From Gammaproteobacteria bacterium (lineage in GTDB: Bacteria > Pseudomonadota > Gammaproteobacteria > SZUA-140), in NCBI GenBank assembly GCA_016124415.1, contig WGNS01000002.1, positions 32,933-96,932 of the forward strand: a DNA stretch of 64,000 nt. The letters run 5' to 3'. Each line of letters begins with the position of its first letter. Position 1 is the stretch's first letter. Positions 21,116 to 31,904 of the stretch are shown one piece after another. The notes under the pieces were generated by a model, which ran no database searches, had not been told where the DNA came from, and worked only from the letters and a program-made list of their open reading frames with translations. The position numbers and the translations under genes are program-made.

Positions 21116-21640
21116 ATGGAGGCATTGAACAATATACCTGTTGCGGTTGGTTTCGGAATCCTGATCGGTCTTGTCGTGGGGTGGATGATCAAATCGGGCT
21201 CCGGTGGAAAGTCCGAGCAGGCGCTGCAGCAGAGCAAGGATGAAATGGAACAGTATCGCAAGGAAGTGACCGCCCACTTCGAGAAGACCGCTAAGCTGGT
21301 CGGCGCGATGACCGAACAATATCGTGCCGTCTACGATCATCTCTCCGACGGCGCCCAAAAGCTCTGTAACGACCCCACCGCGCGATTGGATGCGATCGGC
21401 CAAGGAGAGGCTCTGATCGCCGCGCACATCGAGCCCGCCGCGGGTCAGAACGCCAAGCCCGTCGCGGAAGCGCGTCGGGAACAGCCTACGGCTGCGTCCT
21501 CGGCGGACGAAACCGTAGCGGATGCGGAATCACTCAAGGGAAAGACCGCCACGCCCGGGAAAGAAGCGCGGGTAGAGGATGATAGCGGCGCTACCGAGAA
21601 AAGGACGCAAACTGAGCCCGAGGAACGTACGGCCACCTAG
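21116..21640 (+). CDS. zapG: YhcB/ZapG (DUF1043) family inner-membrane protein
   Basis: N-terminal TM helix then coiled coil EQYRKEVTAHFEKTAKLVGAMTEQYRAVYDHL, matching E. coli YhcB. GAGGAGGGGG RBS. Confidence 0.7.
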   Translation: MEALNNIPVAVGFGILIGLVVGWMIKSGSGGKSEQALQQSKDEMEQYRKEVTAHFEKTAKLVGAMTEQYRAVYDHLSDGAQKLCNDPTARLDAIGQGEALIAAHIEPAAGQNAKPVAEARREQPTAASSADETVADAESLKGKTATPGKEARVEDDSGATEKRTQTEPEERTAT

Positions 21641-21653
21641 CGCTTGTTGCCGG

Positions 21654-21676
21654 GCCGCCTAAACGCGGCGCTTTTG
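21654..21676 (+). terminator. weak intrinsic terminator after zapG (5-bp stem GCCGC/GCGGC then GCTTTTG)
   Basis: Hairpin plus short T-run. It overlaps the folA stop codon on the other strand. Confidence 0.3.
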
Positions 21677-22162
21677 CAACGTCACAAACCGGTAGGGATA
21701 GGGGTTTTTCTGATCGGCCGCATGACTTTCCGTTTCGACCTCCTCCCACTGGTCTTGCGCGTACGGCGGAAAGGTTGTGTCGCCATGGATATCGGCTTCG
21801 ATCAACGTCAGATACATAAGGTCGGCCTTCGCCAACGCCTGACGGTAAATTTCGGCACCCCCGATAATCATGACCTCGCCGCTACGGCCGTTCAAAGCGT
21901 CATCCAGGCTGTGGACGACGGACATCCCCGGAAGCTGAAAATCCCGCTGTCGGGTGACGACGACGTTGTCTCTGCCGGGCAAAGCCTTGCCAAGAGACTC
22001 GGCCGTCTTGCGGCCCATGATGATGGTCTTGCCCATGGTCCGTTCGCGAAAGTGCCGCATATCGGCGGGAAGGTGCCACGGCAGCGCGTTGGCGTCGCCA
22101 ATGACGCCATTGCGCGCAACCGCCGCGATCAACGCGACGACCGGACCCTCCTTGTCGCTCAT
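21659..22162 (-). CDS. folA: dihydrofolate reductase
   Basis: True start is the ATG at 22160-22162 ([22 protein letters not shown]...). The 299-aa track ORF has a spurious 132-aa N-terminal extension. 167 aa. Overlaps the thyA stop by 4 nt. Confidence 0.85.
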   Translation of the reverse strand: MSDKEGPVVALIAAVARNGVIGDANALPWHLPADMRHFRERTMGKTIIMGRKTAESLGKALPGRDNVVVTRQRDFQLPGMSVVHSLDDALNGRSGEVMIIGGAEIYRQALAKADLMYLTLIEADIHGDTTFPPYAQDQWEEVETESHAADQKNPYPYRFVTLQKRRV

Positions 22163-22953
22163 ACCGCGACGGCCGCCCGGATCGGCGGGTGCGCCTCGTA
22201 ATCGATCAACTCGATATCCTCGTAACGAAACGCGAACAGATCTTTGCATTCGGGGTTGAGGCGCACCTTCGGAGGCGCAAGCGGGGACCGGCTGAGTTGG
22301 AGGTCGGTTTGTTCCAGGTGATTCAGGTAAAGATGCGCATCGCCGAGGGTGTGAATGAAGTGTCCGGGTTTGAGATCGCAGGCCTGAGCGATCATGAGCG
22401 TCAACAAGGCATAGGAGGCGATATTGAACGGTACGCCAAGGAAAATATCGGCGCTGCGCTGATACAACTGGCAGGACAACCGTCCCTCCGCGACGTAAAA
22501 CTGAAATAGACAATGGCAGGGTGGCAGCGCCATCTCGTCGACGTTGGCGACGTTCCACGCGCTGACGATCAGCCGTCGGGAGTCCGGCCGCTGACGGATA
22601 TCATCGAGCAAACGAGTGATTTGATCGTACTGCCGTCCGTCCGGGCCCGGCCAAGAACGCCACTGGTACCCGTAGACCGGGCCGAGATTGCCGTTTTCAT
22701 CGGCCCACTCGTCCCAGATGGAGACGCCGTTTTCCTTGAGATAAGCGATATTGGTATCGCCGGCGAGGAACCAAAGCAATTCGTGGACGACGCTCTTGAA
22801 ATGCACCTTCTTAGTGGTCAGCAACGGGAATCCATGGCTGAGGTCGTAACGGCTCTGGTGTCCGAAAATACTCAGGGTCCCGGTCCCGGTACGGTCCTCT
22901 TTCCGGACACCGTTTTCACGGACATGTTTCAGGAGTTCAAGGTAGGTCTGCAT
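22159..22953 (-). CDS. thyA: thymidylate synthase
   Basis: 264 aa. Catalytic motif [13 protein letters not shown] and an ordinary ThyA C-terminus. Confidence 0.95.
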   Translation of the reverse strand: MQTYLELLKHVRENGVRKEDRTGTGTLSIFGHQSRYDLSHGFPLLTTKKVHFKSVVHELLWFLAGDTNIAYLKENGVSIWDEWADENGNLGPVYGYQWRSWPGPDGRQYDQITRLLDDIRQRPDSRRLIVSAWNVANVDEMALPPCHCLFQFYVAEGRLSCQLYQRSADIFLGVPFNIASYALLTLMIAQACDLKPGHFIHTLGDAHLYLNHLEQTDLQLSRSPLAPPKVRLNPECKDLFAFRYEDIELIDYEAHPPIRAAVAV

Positions 22954-22971
22954 CGTGAAGCGCTTCTCGGG

Positions 22972-23766
22972 TCAATCGTTTGCCTGTCGCGTGCGGTAGG
23001 CCAAAACCAGCAGTATAACCCCGCCTGCGATCAAGGGCACGGAAAGGATCTGTCCCATCGTCACCCAATCGAAGGCGATAAAGCCCAGTTGGGCGTCCGG
23101 CATGCGAAAGAACTCAAGCAGAAATCGAAAGGCCCCGTATCCCAAAAGAAACATTCCGGATACCGCCATCCGGGGACGGGTATTTCGGGAAAAAATCCAG
23201 AGTATCAGAAACAATAGTAGGCCTTCGCAAAACGCCTCGTACAGTTGCGACGGGTGTCTGGGCAGGCCGCCGGCCTCCGTCCCGGGAAAGACCATTCCCC
23301 ACGGCGCATCGGTGACCCGGCCCCAAAGCTCCCCGTTGATGAAATTACCGATGCGTCCGGCACCCAATCCGATGGGCGCCATCGGTGCGAGGAAGTCGGT
23401 TACATCGAAAAAGCGCTTGCCCGTTTTGCGGGCGAACCACGCCATGGCGGCGAGTACGCCGATCAGGCCGCCGTGAAAGGACATGCCGCCTTCCCAAATG
23501 TGGAAGATATTCAACGGATGCTCGAGATAACTGTCCAGATTGTAGAACAACACATAGCCGAGACGTCCCCCGAGAACGGCGCCGACGGCGCCGTAGAAAA
23601 CCAGGTCCGAGACATTTTGTTCGTCCCAACCCGAGCGGTTTCGTGCGCGACGATTGCCAAGGAGCCAAACGGCGCCGAAACCGATCAGATACATGATGCC
23701 GTACCAATGTACGGCAACGGGGCCGATTTTGATCAGCACTGGATCGATGTGGGGATACTTAAGCAT
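22972..23766 (-). CDS. lgt: prolipoprotein diacylglyceryl transferase
   Basis: Start at [30 protein letters not shown] is colinear with the E. coli Lgt N-terminus. Lgt signature GxxLGxxxGRxGNFxNxELxG present. lgt-thyA synteny. Confidence 0.9.
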   Translation of the reverse strand: MLKYPHIDPVLIKIGPVAVHWYGIMYLIGFGAVWLLGNRRARNRSGWDEQNVSDLVFYGAVGAVLGGRLGYVLFYNLDSYLEHPLNIFHIWEGGMSFHGGLIGVLAAMAWFARKTGKRFFDVTDFLAPMAPIGLGAGRIGNFINGELWGRVTDAPWGMVFPGTEAGGLPRHPSQLYEAFCEGLLLFLILWIFSRNTRPRMAVSGMFLLGYGAFRFLLEFFRMPDAQLGFIAFDWVTMGQILSVPLIAGGVILLVLAYRTRQAND

Positions 23767-23795
23767 GCGACGAGAGGACGGCGGGCCGAGGGCCC

Positions 23796-24335
23796 TCAAT
23801 CATGAGGGGGAACGCGCGTGAGCAGCCGCTTTTGCCGCCGAAGCTGCCAATCCTTCCTGACGCGAAAGACCCAGAACAACTTGATCACGAAATAACCCAG
23901 TATGGCGCTGATCGTACCGAGCACGAAACAGCCGAGCAGGAAAGGCTCCCAGATGTACGCCATCTTATGAATTAGCCAATCCCATGTCAGTTCAAAGGCA
24001 AACGCTTGCTCAGGGGCGTCGAGAATCCAGGTGCCTACCAAGTAGCAGAAATAAAAGATCGGCGGCATGGTGAGCGGATTGGTGAGCCAGACGAGTGCGA
24101 CGGAGATCGGAAGATTGGCCTCGAATACGATAGCTGCGCCCGCCGAAAGCCACATCTGGAACGGAACCGGTACGAAAGCCATAAACAATCCGATCGCGAA
24201 GGCCTTGGGTACGGAACGCCGGTTCAGGTGCCACAGGTTGGGATTGTGCAGGAAGGTGCCAAAGCTCCTGAGCAGCTTGTGTTCTTTGATGACCTTGTGG
24301 TCGGGAACGAATCGTTTCAGGAGTCTTTTGGCCAT
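23796..24335 (-). CDS. DUF2062 domain membrane protein
   Basis: 179 aa. MAKRLLKRF...[32 protein letters not shown] is typical of DUF2062. Commonly adjacent to comEC. Confidence 0.7.
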   Translation of the reverse strand: MAKRLLKRFVPDHKVIKEHKLLRSFGTFLHNPNLWHLNRRSVPKAFAIGLFMAFVPVPFQMWLSAGAAIVFEANLPISVALVWLTNPLTMPPIFYFCYLVGTWILDAPEQAFAFELTWDWLIHKMAYIWEPFLLGCFVLGTISAILGYFVIKLFWVFRVRKDWQLRRQKRLLTRVPPHD

Positions 24336-24406
24336 CGGGCTATTCTAGCCTATGCATCGAGGGATACAGTAGCATTCTTGCATCGCGTTGGCAGGGAGGC
24401 CGCGTC

Positions 24407-26743
24407 ATGAGACTTAATGCGACCATGTTTTTGCTTGGTATCCTCGTATTCCAGCAATTGGCAAGTCTACCTGATATTCCGTTATTGGCGTTGGCGCCGT
24501 TGGTAAGTGCCGGCCTCATCATGCGCCGGACGCGTCCGATTGCGATGGCCCTCGCGGGATTTCTCTGGGTGGGCGTGGTTGCCACGCATGCCGTCGAGCA
24601 CGGCCTGGACCCTGAACTCGAAGGCAGGGACATTGCGATCGAAGGGGTGGTCGTGTCGGTTCCTACGCCCCTGGATACCGCGGGTCTAAGATTTGATTTC
24701 CGCATCGAACGTTGGACAGCCCATGCACGGCGCTGCTGTCATCCGGACAGAATCCGACTGTCCTGGTATGGCGCGATCGATCAGTTGCGCGCGGGCGAAC
24801 GCTGGCGCTTCCAGGTGCGCCTCAAGCGGCCTCACGGACTGATGAATCCCGGGGGATTCAATTACGAGGATTGGCTGTTCAGCCGAGGCATCGGTGCAAC
24901 GGGCTATGTCAGAGTGGGAGACGGGAATCGTCGCCTAGGGCGATCCGGTTACGCACTGGATCGTCTTCAGGACTTGCGTCAGTACCTCTTTGAGTCCTTA
25001 CAGAGGGTCATGGCCGACGAGAGAATGAAAGGGATTGTCACTGCGCTTGCCATGGGGGAGCGACAGGGAATTGATTTTGAGCAATGGCGTGTTCTGACGG
25101 GGACCGGAACGAGTCACCTGGTGGCGATATCGGGTCTTCACGTCGGACTCGCCGCCGGGGCCGCCTATTGGTTGGTAGGATTCCTGTGGGCGAGATTGGG
25201 TCGTTTACCCTTATGGTTGCCCGCGCAACGTGCTGGAGCGGTCGCCGGATTCACCGGGGCCTTGGTTTACGCAGCCCTCGCCGGATTTTCGTTGCCTACC
25301 CAGAGGGCATTGGTCATGGTCGCCATCGCGATGGCCGGTATCTTTTGGGGCAACCGCCACGGCGCGGGCCGGACCCTTGCGGTCGCTTTGTTCGCCGTGC
25401 TGATCTACGACCCGTTGTCCGTTATGTCCTCGGGATTCTGGTTATCCTTCGGCGCAGTGCTCGCGATCCTGATCAGCGTTCGTCATCGGACGCGCCATTC
25501 GGGTTCCTGGTGGCGATGGGGCCGGATCCACGTCGTGTTGGGCGTCGCCCTGTCACCGGTGCTCATCTACTTTTTTCAGTCGGTGCCGGTATACGCGCCT
25601 CTAGCAAACCTGTTTGCGGTGCCTTGGGTGGCCTTCGTGGTTGTCCCATTGACGCTTTTGGGCACGAGCGCACTAGTGCTGTGGCCCGCTCTGGGTGAAA
25701 CGATGCTTCATCTCGCTGCCGGTGGGATGGAGGCCTTGTGGATACCTCTGGAGGGACTGGCGAGTTTGCCGGGTGGGCGGTGGCTATTTGCCGCGTCCTC
25801 GCCTTGGACGTTGATCCCTGCTTTTTTTGCGACGGTTCTGATGTTACTGCCTAGAGGAACGCCTGGCCGGGCGGTCACCGCATTTCTGGTGATCCCACTT
25901 GTCATGGGCCGATCGGATCGCCCCGAGGAAGGCAAGTTCCATTTGGCGCTGCTCGACGTAGGACAGGGGCTCGCGGCGGTGATAAGCACTCGCGACCATA
26001 CCCTGATTTACGATACCGGCCCTGAGTTCGGACCCGGTTTCGACGCAGGGCAGGCCGTCATCGTGCCCTACCTGCTTCACGAGGGGATCGAAAGGATCGA
26101 TACTGTCGTCATCAGTCATGGCGATCGCGATCACCGGGGAGGACTGGCTTCCCTGGCGGACGCGATACCGATCACACGCATCGTGACGGGCGTCCCCGGC
26201 GGGTTGGACGGCTTCGAAACGTCGCCCTGTGAAACCGGAAAGCAATGGGTGTGGAACGGAGTGGCGTTCGCTTTCCTGCATCCCGCGCCCGGCTACACGG
26301 GGATCGGCAACGATCGTTCCTGCGTCCTTAAGGTCGGGCCCCCGGGGCACGGGTTGCTGTTGCCGGGCGATATCGAGGCATCGGCCGAATCAGCGCTTCT
26401 CGAGCGTGACCGAGCGGCGGTCGGGGCCAGTGTGCTTGTCGCTCCCCACCATGGCAGCAAGACCTCGTCGACAGAGCCGTTCTTGCGCGCGGTAGCCCCC
26501 GATCTGACGCTGTTTGCCGTCGGCTATCGGAATCGCTTTGGTTTTCCTCGACCGGAAATTATCGGCCGGTACCGGCGGCAGGGCAGCGCTCGTCGCGATA
26601 CGGCCCGCGACGGCGCGATCCTGGTGGATTTCTCCGGTCGGGGCGATATCGAGCGGATTGTATCCTATCGCGCCTCAGCCCGCCGTTACTGGCGCTGGCA
26701 GGACTACTTTTACCCGGACGAAGACAGTATGATGGGCCGATAA
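24407..26743 (+). CDS. comEC: DNA internalization competence protein ComEC/Rec2
   Basis: 778 aa polytopic membrane protein with a competence domain and a C-terminal metallo-beta-lactamase domain (HGDRDHRGG). GGGAGG RBS. Confidence 0.85.
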   Translation: MRLNATMFLLGILVFQQLASLPDIPLLALAPLVSAGLIMRRTRPIAMALAGFLWVGVVATHAVEHGLDPELEGRDIAIEGVVVSVPTPLDTAGLRFDFRIERWTAHARRCCHPDRIRLSWYGAIDQLRAGERWRFQVRLKRPHGLMNPGGFNYEDWLFSRGIGATGYVRVGDGNRRLGRSGYALDRLQDLRQYLFESLQRVMADERMKGIVTALAMGERQGIDFEQWRVLTGTGTSHLVAISGLHVGLAAGAAYWLVGFLWARLGRLPLWLPAQRAGAVAGFTGALVYAALAGFSLPTQRALVMVAIAMAGIFWGNRHGAGRTLAVALFAVLIYDPLSVMSSGFWLSFGAVLAILISVRHRTRHSGSWWRWGRIHVVLGVALSPVLIYFFQSVPVYAPLANLFAVPWVAFVVVPLTLLGTSALVLWPALGETMLHLAAGGMEALWIPLEGLASLPGGRWLFAASSPWTLIPAFFATVLMLLPRGTPGRAVTAFLVIPLVMGRSDRPEEGKFHLALLDVGQGLAAVISTRDHTLIYDTGPEFGPGFDAGQAVIVPYLLHEGIERIDTVVISHGDRDHRGGLASLADAIPITRIVTGVPGGLDGFETSPCETGKQWVWNGVAFAFLHPAPGYTGIGNDRSCVLKVGPPGHGLLLPGDIEASAESALLERDRAAVGASVLVAPHHGSKTSSTEPFLRAVAPDLTLFAVGYRNRFGFPRPEIIGRYRRQGSARRDTARDGAILVDFSGRGDIERIVSYRASARRYWRWQDYFYPDEDSMMGR

Positions 26744-26752
26744 CACGCGTTT

Positions 26753-27403
26753 GTGGAGAGCTTTGTCGTGTACGAACTAATCATCTCAGGCGGATGGCTC
26801 ATGTTGCCCATCCTCTTGTGCTCCGTAGTGGCCATGGCCATCGTGGCCGAGCGATTGTGGGCGCTCAGACGTGTCCGTGTCTGTCCGGGCGGTCTTGTGA
26901 CGCAAATCTGGCAGTGGGCTCAGTCCGGTCAGCTTGATACCGGCAAAATCATCTCCCTGAGGTCCAACTCCCCGTTGGGTCGGGTGCTCGCTTCGGGCTT
27001 GTCCAGCCTGAATCAAAGCCGGGAGATCATGAAGGAGAACATCGACGACACCGGCCGACATGTCGCGGCGGAGCTCGAGCGTTTTCTCAACACGCTCGGT
27101 ACGATCGCGTCGATCTCCCCGTTATTGGGCCTTTTAGGCACCGTGATCGGAATGATCAAGGTCTTTACCGCCATCACGGTCAGTGGTGTCGGCAATGCGG
27201 CTGCACTGGCCGGCGGCATCTCCGAGGCCTTGCTGACGACGGCGGCGGGTTTATCCGTCGCCATCCCGACCTTGATGTTTTACCGTTATCTGCGCGGTCG
27301 CGTGGATAGGCTTGTCATGAGCATGGAGCAGGAGTCGCTTAAGCTCGTCGAGATGCTGCATGGTGAACGCAAGGGACCGATCGTGGAGGCTGCTGCGGAA
27401 TGA
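26753..27403 (+). CDS. exbB: MotA/TolQ/ExbB proton-channel family protein
   Basis: 216 aa, three TM helices, TolQ/ExbB C-terminal region (GTVIGMIKVFTAI...LLTTAAGLSVAIPTLMFY). GTG start. Confidence 0.8.
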   Translation: MESFVVYELIISGGWLMLPILLCSVVAMAIVAERLWALRRVRVCPGGLVTQIWQWAQSGQLDTGKIISLRSNSPLGRVLASGLSSLNQSREIMKENIDDTGRHVAAELERFLNTLGTIASISPLLGLLGTVIGMIKVFTAITVSGVGNAAALAGGISEALLTTAAGLSVAIPTLMFYRYLRGRVDRLVMSMEQESLKLVEMLHGERKGPIVEAAAE

Positions 27404-27831
27404 GGTGGCAGCGCGGATTTCGAGACGAGCCCGAACTCGGCATCACGCCGCTGATCGACGTCGTCTTCCTGCTGCTGATCTTTTTCATGATCTCGACGAC
27501 GTTCAAGGATGATTCTCAGATCACGATCGATCTCCCCCAAGCCAGCTCCGTACCCGCAAAGGAGGATCGGCCGCCGCTCGTGGTCACGATCGACGCCCAG
27601 GGGCATTACTTCGTCAACGACCGCCGCTTGGTCAACGATTCGCCCGACACGCTCAGGAAGGCCTTCGCGCGCTACACGACGCAGCAGGAAGGCAGGACCC
27701 CGAGCGGCCTCGTGATTCGTGCCGACGGGCAGGCGCCTCACCAAGCCGTCATCACGGTCATGGATGTCGCGAGACGGGCCGGGATCGTTCACGTATCGCT
27801 GGCCACGCGCCCCCTGGAAAACGCGGAGTGA
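27400..27831 (+). CDS. exbD: ExbD/TolR biopolymer transport protein
   Basis: 143 aa with the ITPLIDVVFLLLIFFM motif. ATGA overlap with exbB. Confidence 0.8.
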   Translation: MRWQRGFRDEPELGITPLIDVVFLLLIFFMISTTFKDDSQITIDLPQASSVPAKEDRPPLVVTIDAQGHYFVNDRRLVNDSPDTLRKAFARYTTQQEGRTPSGLVIRADGQAPHQAVITVMDVARRAGIVHVSLATRPLENAE

Positions 27832-29600
27832 GCGATCATTCTCCCCACACTCCGGTCGTGGACGGAGCGGTGATCTATCGCCGCTTGCTCGGTTACGCCT
27901 ATCCCTACCGGCTCTACTTCGTCGTAGCGGCGCTCGGCATGGGTCTCGAGGCGGGCGCCGACACCGCTTTTGCGGCGCTCATGAAGCCCATGCTCGACGG
28001 CAGCTTCGTGAACAAGGACCAGCATTGGATCGGTTTGATTCCCTGGCTGATCGTCGCTTTGTTCACGATACGCGGTTTGGCGGGTTTCGCGTCGGGCTAT
28101 ATGATGTCGTGGATCGGGCGCCAGGTCATCAAATCCCTGCGAGGGGCCATGTTCGATCATCTGCTTTGCCTGCCGGCGCGATTTTTCGACCAGAACGCCT
28201 CGGGTCAGTTGATCTCCAAATTCACGTATGACGTCGAACAGGTCGCCAACGCGACCACCCAGGCCGTAACCGTCTCGATTCGCGATACGCTGGCCATCAT
28301 CGGCTTGCTAGGTTGGATGACCTACATCAGCTGGCGGCTGACGCTGGCCTTTATCGTCGTCGGGCCGGTCATCGCGATCATCATCGTCTATATCAACCGC
28401 CGTTATCGTAAGATCGGCGCGGCGCTGCAGGCCTCCATGGGGGACGTCACCCATGTCGCGGAGGAGAGCGTCGAGGGATATCGCGTCATCAAGGCCTTCG
28501 GCGGCAAGGAATACGAACGCCAGCGTTTCGAGGGCGCCAACGAGCGTAACCGTCAGCAGTACATGAAGATGGTTGCGACCAAGGTCGGCAGTATTCCGCT
28601 GGTCCAGTTCATCGTCGGTCTTGCGTTGGCGGGGATTACCTATATGGCGACGTTGGACTCGATGCTCGGTACGATCAGTGTCGGCAGTTTCATGTCCTTT
28701 CTCGTCGCCATGCTGATGCTGCTTACGCCGATGAAGCGGCTGACCACGGTCAACGCAGCGATCCAGCTCGGAATCGCTGCTGCCAAGAGCCTGTTCGACC
28801 TACTCGACAGCACTGCGGAGTCGGACCATGGCACGCAGGTCCTGGGGAGGGCCACCGGTGCCGTCCGCTACGAAAAACTGTCGTTCCAATACGGAAGAGG
28901 CAACGCGCGCATCATCGACGACGTCAGCTTCGAGGTGTCCCCCGGTCAGACCGTTGCGTTCGTCGGACCTTCAGGGGGCGGCAAGACGACCCTCGTCAGC
29001 CTGCTCATGCGTTTTTACGACATCGGACACGGCCGGATCCTGCTCGACGGTCGCGATATCAGGGATCTCAAACTCGATAACCTACGCAAACAGATCGCCT
29101 TCGTAGGACAGGACGTCATCCTGTTCAACGATACCGTGGCCCGCAACATCGCGTACGGCGCGCTTTCCGATGTAAGTGAGGAAGAGATCGTCAAGGCCGC
29201 AACGGCCGCCTATGCGATGGACTTTATTCGCGAACTGCCTCAGGGGCTCGACACCCTGGTCGGCGAGAACGGGGTCCTGCTCTCCGGTGGCCAGCGTCAA
29301 CGTTTGGCCATCGCGCGGGCCCTACTCAAGGATGCGCCGGTCTTGATTCTAGACGAGGCGACCTCGGCGCTCGACACCGAGTCGGAACGCCATATTCAAC
29401 GCGCGCTGGACGGGCTTATGAAGAACCGGACGACGCTTGTGATCGCGCATCGCTTGTCCACGATCGAAAAGGCGGATCAAATCCTCTATGTCGAAGACGG
29501 TCGCATCGTCGAGCGCGGACGCCACGAGGAACTCCTGGCCAAGGGCGGCCATTACGCAGCGCTCCATCGTCTGCAGTTTCACGGCCTCGAGGGGGCCTGA
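27828..29600 (+). CDS. msbA: lipid A export ABC transporter permease/ATPase MsbA
   Basis: 590 aa with six N-terminal TM helices and an NBD (GPSGGGKTT, LSGGQRQR, ILDEATSALD). GTG start overlaps the exbD stop. Confidence 0.9.
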   Translation: MSDHSPHTPVVDGAVIYRRLLGYAYPYRLYFVVAALGMGLEAGADTAFAALMKPMLDGSFVNKDQHWIGLIPWLIVALFTIRGLAGFASGYMMSWIGRQVIKSLRGAMFDHLLCLPARFFDQNASGQLISKFTYDVEQVANATTQAVTVSIRDTLAIIGLLGWMTYISWRLTLAFIVVGPVIAIIIVYINRRYRKIGAALQASMGDVTHVAEESVEGYRVIKAFGGKEYERQRFEGANERNRQQYMKMVATKVGSIPLVQFIVGLALAGITYMATLDSMLGTISVGSFMSFLVAMLMLLTPMKRLTTVNAAIQLGIAAAKSLFDLLDSTAESDHGTQVLGRATGAVRYEKLSFQYGRGNARIIDDVSFEVSPGQTVAFVGPSGGGKTTLVSLLMRFYDIGHGRILLDGRDIRDLKLDNLRKQIAFVGQDVILFNDTVARNIAYGALSDVSEEEIVKAATAAYAMDFIRELPQGLDTLVGENGVLLSGGQRQRLAIARALLKDAPVLILDEATSALDTESERHIQRALDGLMKNRTTLVIAHRLSTIEKADQILYVEDGRIVERGRHEELLAKGGHYAALHRLQFHGLEGA

Positions 29601-29617
29601 GCGAACGGGAGCGCCCC

Positions 29618-30613
29618 TTGAGTTCGCTACAGGCAGTCTGGTATCGACGGAAGAAGAGTCCCTGGTCGTTCGCGTTGTGGCCGTTGGCCGCGCTTTTCGG
29701 CCTGATCACGGCGTTCCGGCGGGGGGCGTATCGGTGCGGGTTTTTCAAAGTGCATCACCCGGCCGTTCCCGTCGTTGTGGTCGGTAACATCACCGTCGGT
29801 GGAACCGGCAAGAGCCCATTGATCATCACGTTGGCCAAACAACTCCGCAAGGCCGGATTTCATCCGGGCATCCTATCACGGGGCTATCGAGGCGCGGCCG
29901 ACAGCTGGCCTCAGGCGGTGGGGCCGGATAGCGACCCGCTTATGTTCGGCGATGAGCCGGTCATGATTGCAGCGCGCACGCGCTGCCCCGTTGCGGTGGG
30001 GCCGGATCGCGTCGCCGCCGTTCGAAAACTGCTCGTGGAACACGCTGAATGTGACGTGATCCTATCCGACGACGGTTTGCAGCACTACCGCTTGGGGCGC
30101 GACATCGAGATCGTCGTGGTCGACGGTGCGCGACGTTTCGGTAACGGCCTGCTTCTGCCGGCGGGTCCGCTACGCGAACCGATCGAAAGGCTGGCCGAGG
30201 CCGATTTCGTCGTGACAAATGGAGGCCATGCCGAGCCCGGCGAATATGGCATGACATTGCGTCCTTTGGCATGGCGTCCGGTCACGGGGGCCGGCGAGCG
30301 TATGGAGTTGAACGCCTTCGACGCTCGGGATGCCCACGCCGTGGCGGCAATCGGCCATCCCGAACGCTTCTTTTCGACGCTGACCCAGCTCGGTATCCGT
30401 TTCGATAAGCGGACGTTTCCGGATCACCATCCCCTTTGGCCGGCCGATCTCGCCTTCGACGATGAACTGCCCATATTGATGACCGAAAAGGATGCCGTGA
30501 AATGTCGTGACTTCGCGCTCGAGAACGCCTGGTACCTGGAAGTCGAGGCTACGGTCAGCAGAGATCTGATAGACTCTCTATTGTTGCAGCTGCCCAAGAC
30601 ATCACACCTTTAA
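29618..30613 (+). CDS. lpxK: tetraacyldisaccharide 4'-kinase LpxK
   Basis: P-loop VVVVGNITVGGTGKSP, colinear with E. coli LpxK. Putative TTG start lies inside an inverted repeat. Confidence 0.85.
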   Translation: MSSLQAVWYRRKKSPWSFALWPLAALFGLITAFRRGAYRCGFFKVHHPAVPVVVVGNITVGGTGKSPLIITLAKQLRKAGFHPGILSRGYRGAADSWPQAVGPDSDPLMFGDEPVMIAARTRCPVAVGPDRVAAVRKLLVEHAECDVILSDDGLQHYRLGRDIEIVVVDGARRFGNGLLLPAGPLREPIERLAEADFVVTNGGHAEPGEYGMTLRPLAWRPVTGAGERMELNAFDARDAHAVAAIGHPERFFSTLTQLGIRFDKRTFPDHHPLWPADLAFDDELPILMTEKDAVKCRDFALENAWYLEVEATVSRDLIDSLLLQLPKTSHL

Positions 30614-30630
30614 TCTGAGGACGCATCGTA

Positions 30631-30813
30631 ATGATCGATAAGAAGTTGCTCGACATCCTCGCCTGCCCTGTCTGCAAGGGACCCTTACGCTACCGGCGTG
30701 ATCCCGAGGAACTGATTTGCAAGGTGGACCGCCTTGCCTATCCGGTTCGCGACGACATTCCCGTCATGCTCGAGGACGAGGCTCGGGAGCTCGCTCCGGA
30801 AGAAGAGATATGA
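30631..30813 (+). CDS. ycaR: Trm112 family protein (YcaR)
   Basis: 60 aa with the [14 protein letters not shown] zinc-ribbon-like motif. Conserved between lpxK and kdsB. Confidence 0.8.
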   Translation: MIDKKLLDILACPVCKGPLRYRRDPEELICKVDRLAYPVRDDIPVMLEDEARELAPEEEI

Positions 30814-31580
30814 GTGGATTCGTGGTCGTGATCCCGGCGCGATATGCGTCGACCCGCTTGCCCGGAAAGCCGTTGCGTCTTTTGGCCGGACGGCCGATGA
30901 TCGCCCACGTCTACGAGCGCGCGCTGGAAAGCGGCGCAGACGAGGTCATCATCGCGACCGATGACGATCGCATCATGCAAGCCGCGCAGTCCTTGGGCGC
31001 AGATTGTCAGTTGACCGCGCCGGACCATCCGTCGGGGACCGATCGGATCGCCGAGGTCATCGATGCCAGGGGCTATGCGGATGACCGGATCATCGTGAAC
31101 CTGCAGGGCGACGAGCCCTGCATGCCGGGCGTCCTCGTCCGGCAGGTCGCGGACGATTTGGCGGGTTTACCGGACGTCGGTGTCGCGACGCTTTGCGAAC
31201 GTATCGAGACGGCGGCGGAGCTCTTTGATCCCCACGTCGTAAAGGTGGTGACTGACGCGACGGGCTTCGCTTTATACTTCAGTCGGGCCGTTATCCCCTG
31301 GGACCGAGAGGCCTTTGCGGTCACGACCGAGGATCTGCCCGCGGCGGTCGAGCATTTCCGTCATATCGGACTTTACGCTTACCGCGCCGGCTTCGTTCGC
31401 GAGTACGTGCGTTGGGCGCCCAGCCCGATCGAACGCATGGAAGTGTTGGAGCAATTGAGGGTGTTATGGAACGGGTATCGCATCCATGTCGCCAGGGCGT
31501 TGACGCACCCGGGACACGGTGTGGATACCGAACAGGATCTGGATCGGGTGGCGGCGCAAGTGCTCAGCCAGGAGACCTGA
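30810..31580 (+). CDS. kdsB: 3-deoxy-manno-octulosonate cytidylyltransferase
   Basis: Start at ATG 30810 ([22 protein letters not shown]), an ATGA overlap with ycaR. The longer track ORF is a spurious extension. Confidence 0.9.
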   Translation: MSGFVVVIPARYASTRLPGKPLRLLAGRPMIAHVYERALESGADEVIIATDDDRIMQAAQSLGADCQLTAPDHPSGTDRIAEVIDARGYADDRIIVNLQGDEPCMPGVLVRQVADDLAGLPDVGVATLCERIETAAELFDPHVVKVVTDATGFALYFSRAVIPWDREAFAVTTEDLPAAVEHFRHIGLYAYRAGFVREYVRWAPSPIERMEVLEQLRVLWNGYRIHVARALTHPGHGVDTEQDLDRVAAQVLSQET

Positions 31581-31625
31581 TACGGGACTCAGGTTACAGC
31601 GTTCGCTGCATGTACGGCTTAGATT

Positions 31626-31904
31626 TTAGAGCAGTTCGAGGTCGAGACCCTCGATATCCACGGACCCGCTTTCGGTCAATGGGATCGTGACTTCGGTGGT
31701 CTCGGGGACACGGCGATGCGCCTCGCCGTGCTGATCGGCCTGGATCGTATTGGTGTCGCAGCTCTTGAGCACGAGTGTGGGCACATCTTCCATGAGCACC
31801 TCGACGATCTCAAAGAGCCGGCCCTGATGGCGGGCTCGGCGACCTATGAGCTTGCGCAGAAAAATATTGCGCAATTCGGTGATCTTGGAGTCAAAAGCCC
31901 GCAT
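31626..31904 (-). CDS. hypothetical small protein (92 aa), uncertain
   Basis: Open frame in the 400-nt kdsB-ptp gap. No recognisable family or SD sequence. A competing + strand ORF lies at 31716..31985. Confidence 0.2.
   Translation of the reverse strand: MRAFDSKITELRNIFLRKLIGRRARHQGRLFEIVEVLMEDVPTLVLKSCDTNTIQADQHGEAHRRVPETTEVTIPLTESGSVDIEGLDLELL

Noticed and set aside
21659-22558. 299-aa extended folA ORF from the track
   Set aside because: The first 132 codons overlap thyA and have no DHFR similarity. The true start is the ATG at 22162, giving a 167-aa DHFR.
30717-30809. Upstream extensions of kdsB (also of djlA from 39754, hemH from 53201 and the rhodanese-ThiF gene from 59052)
   Set aside because: Each extension is Arg-rich and non-homologous. 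Internal ATGs with an RBS and homologue-colinear N-termini were chosen instead.
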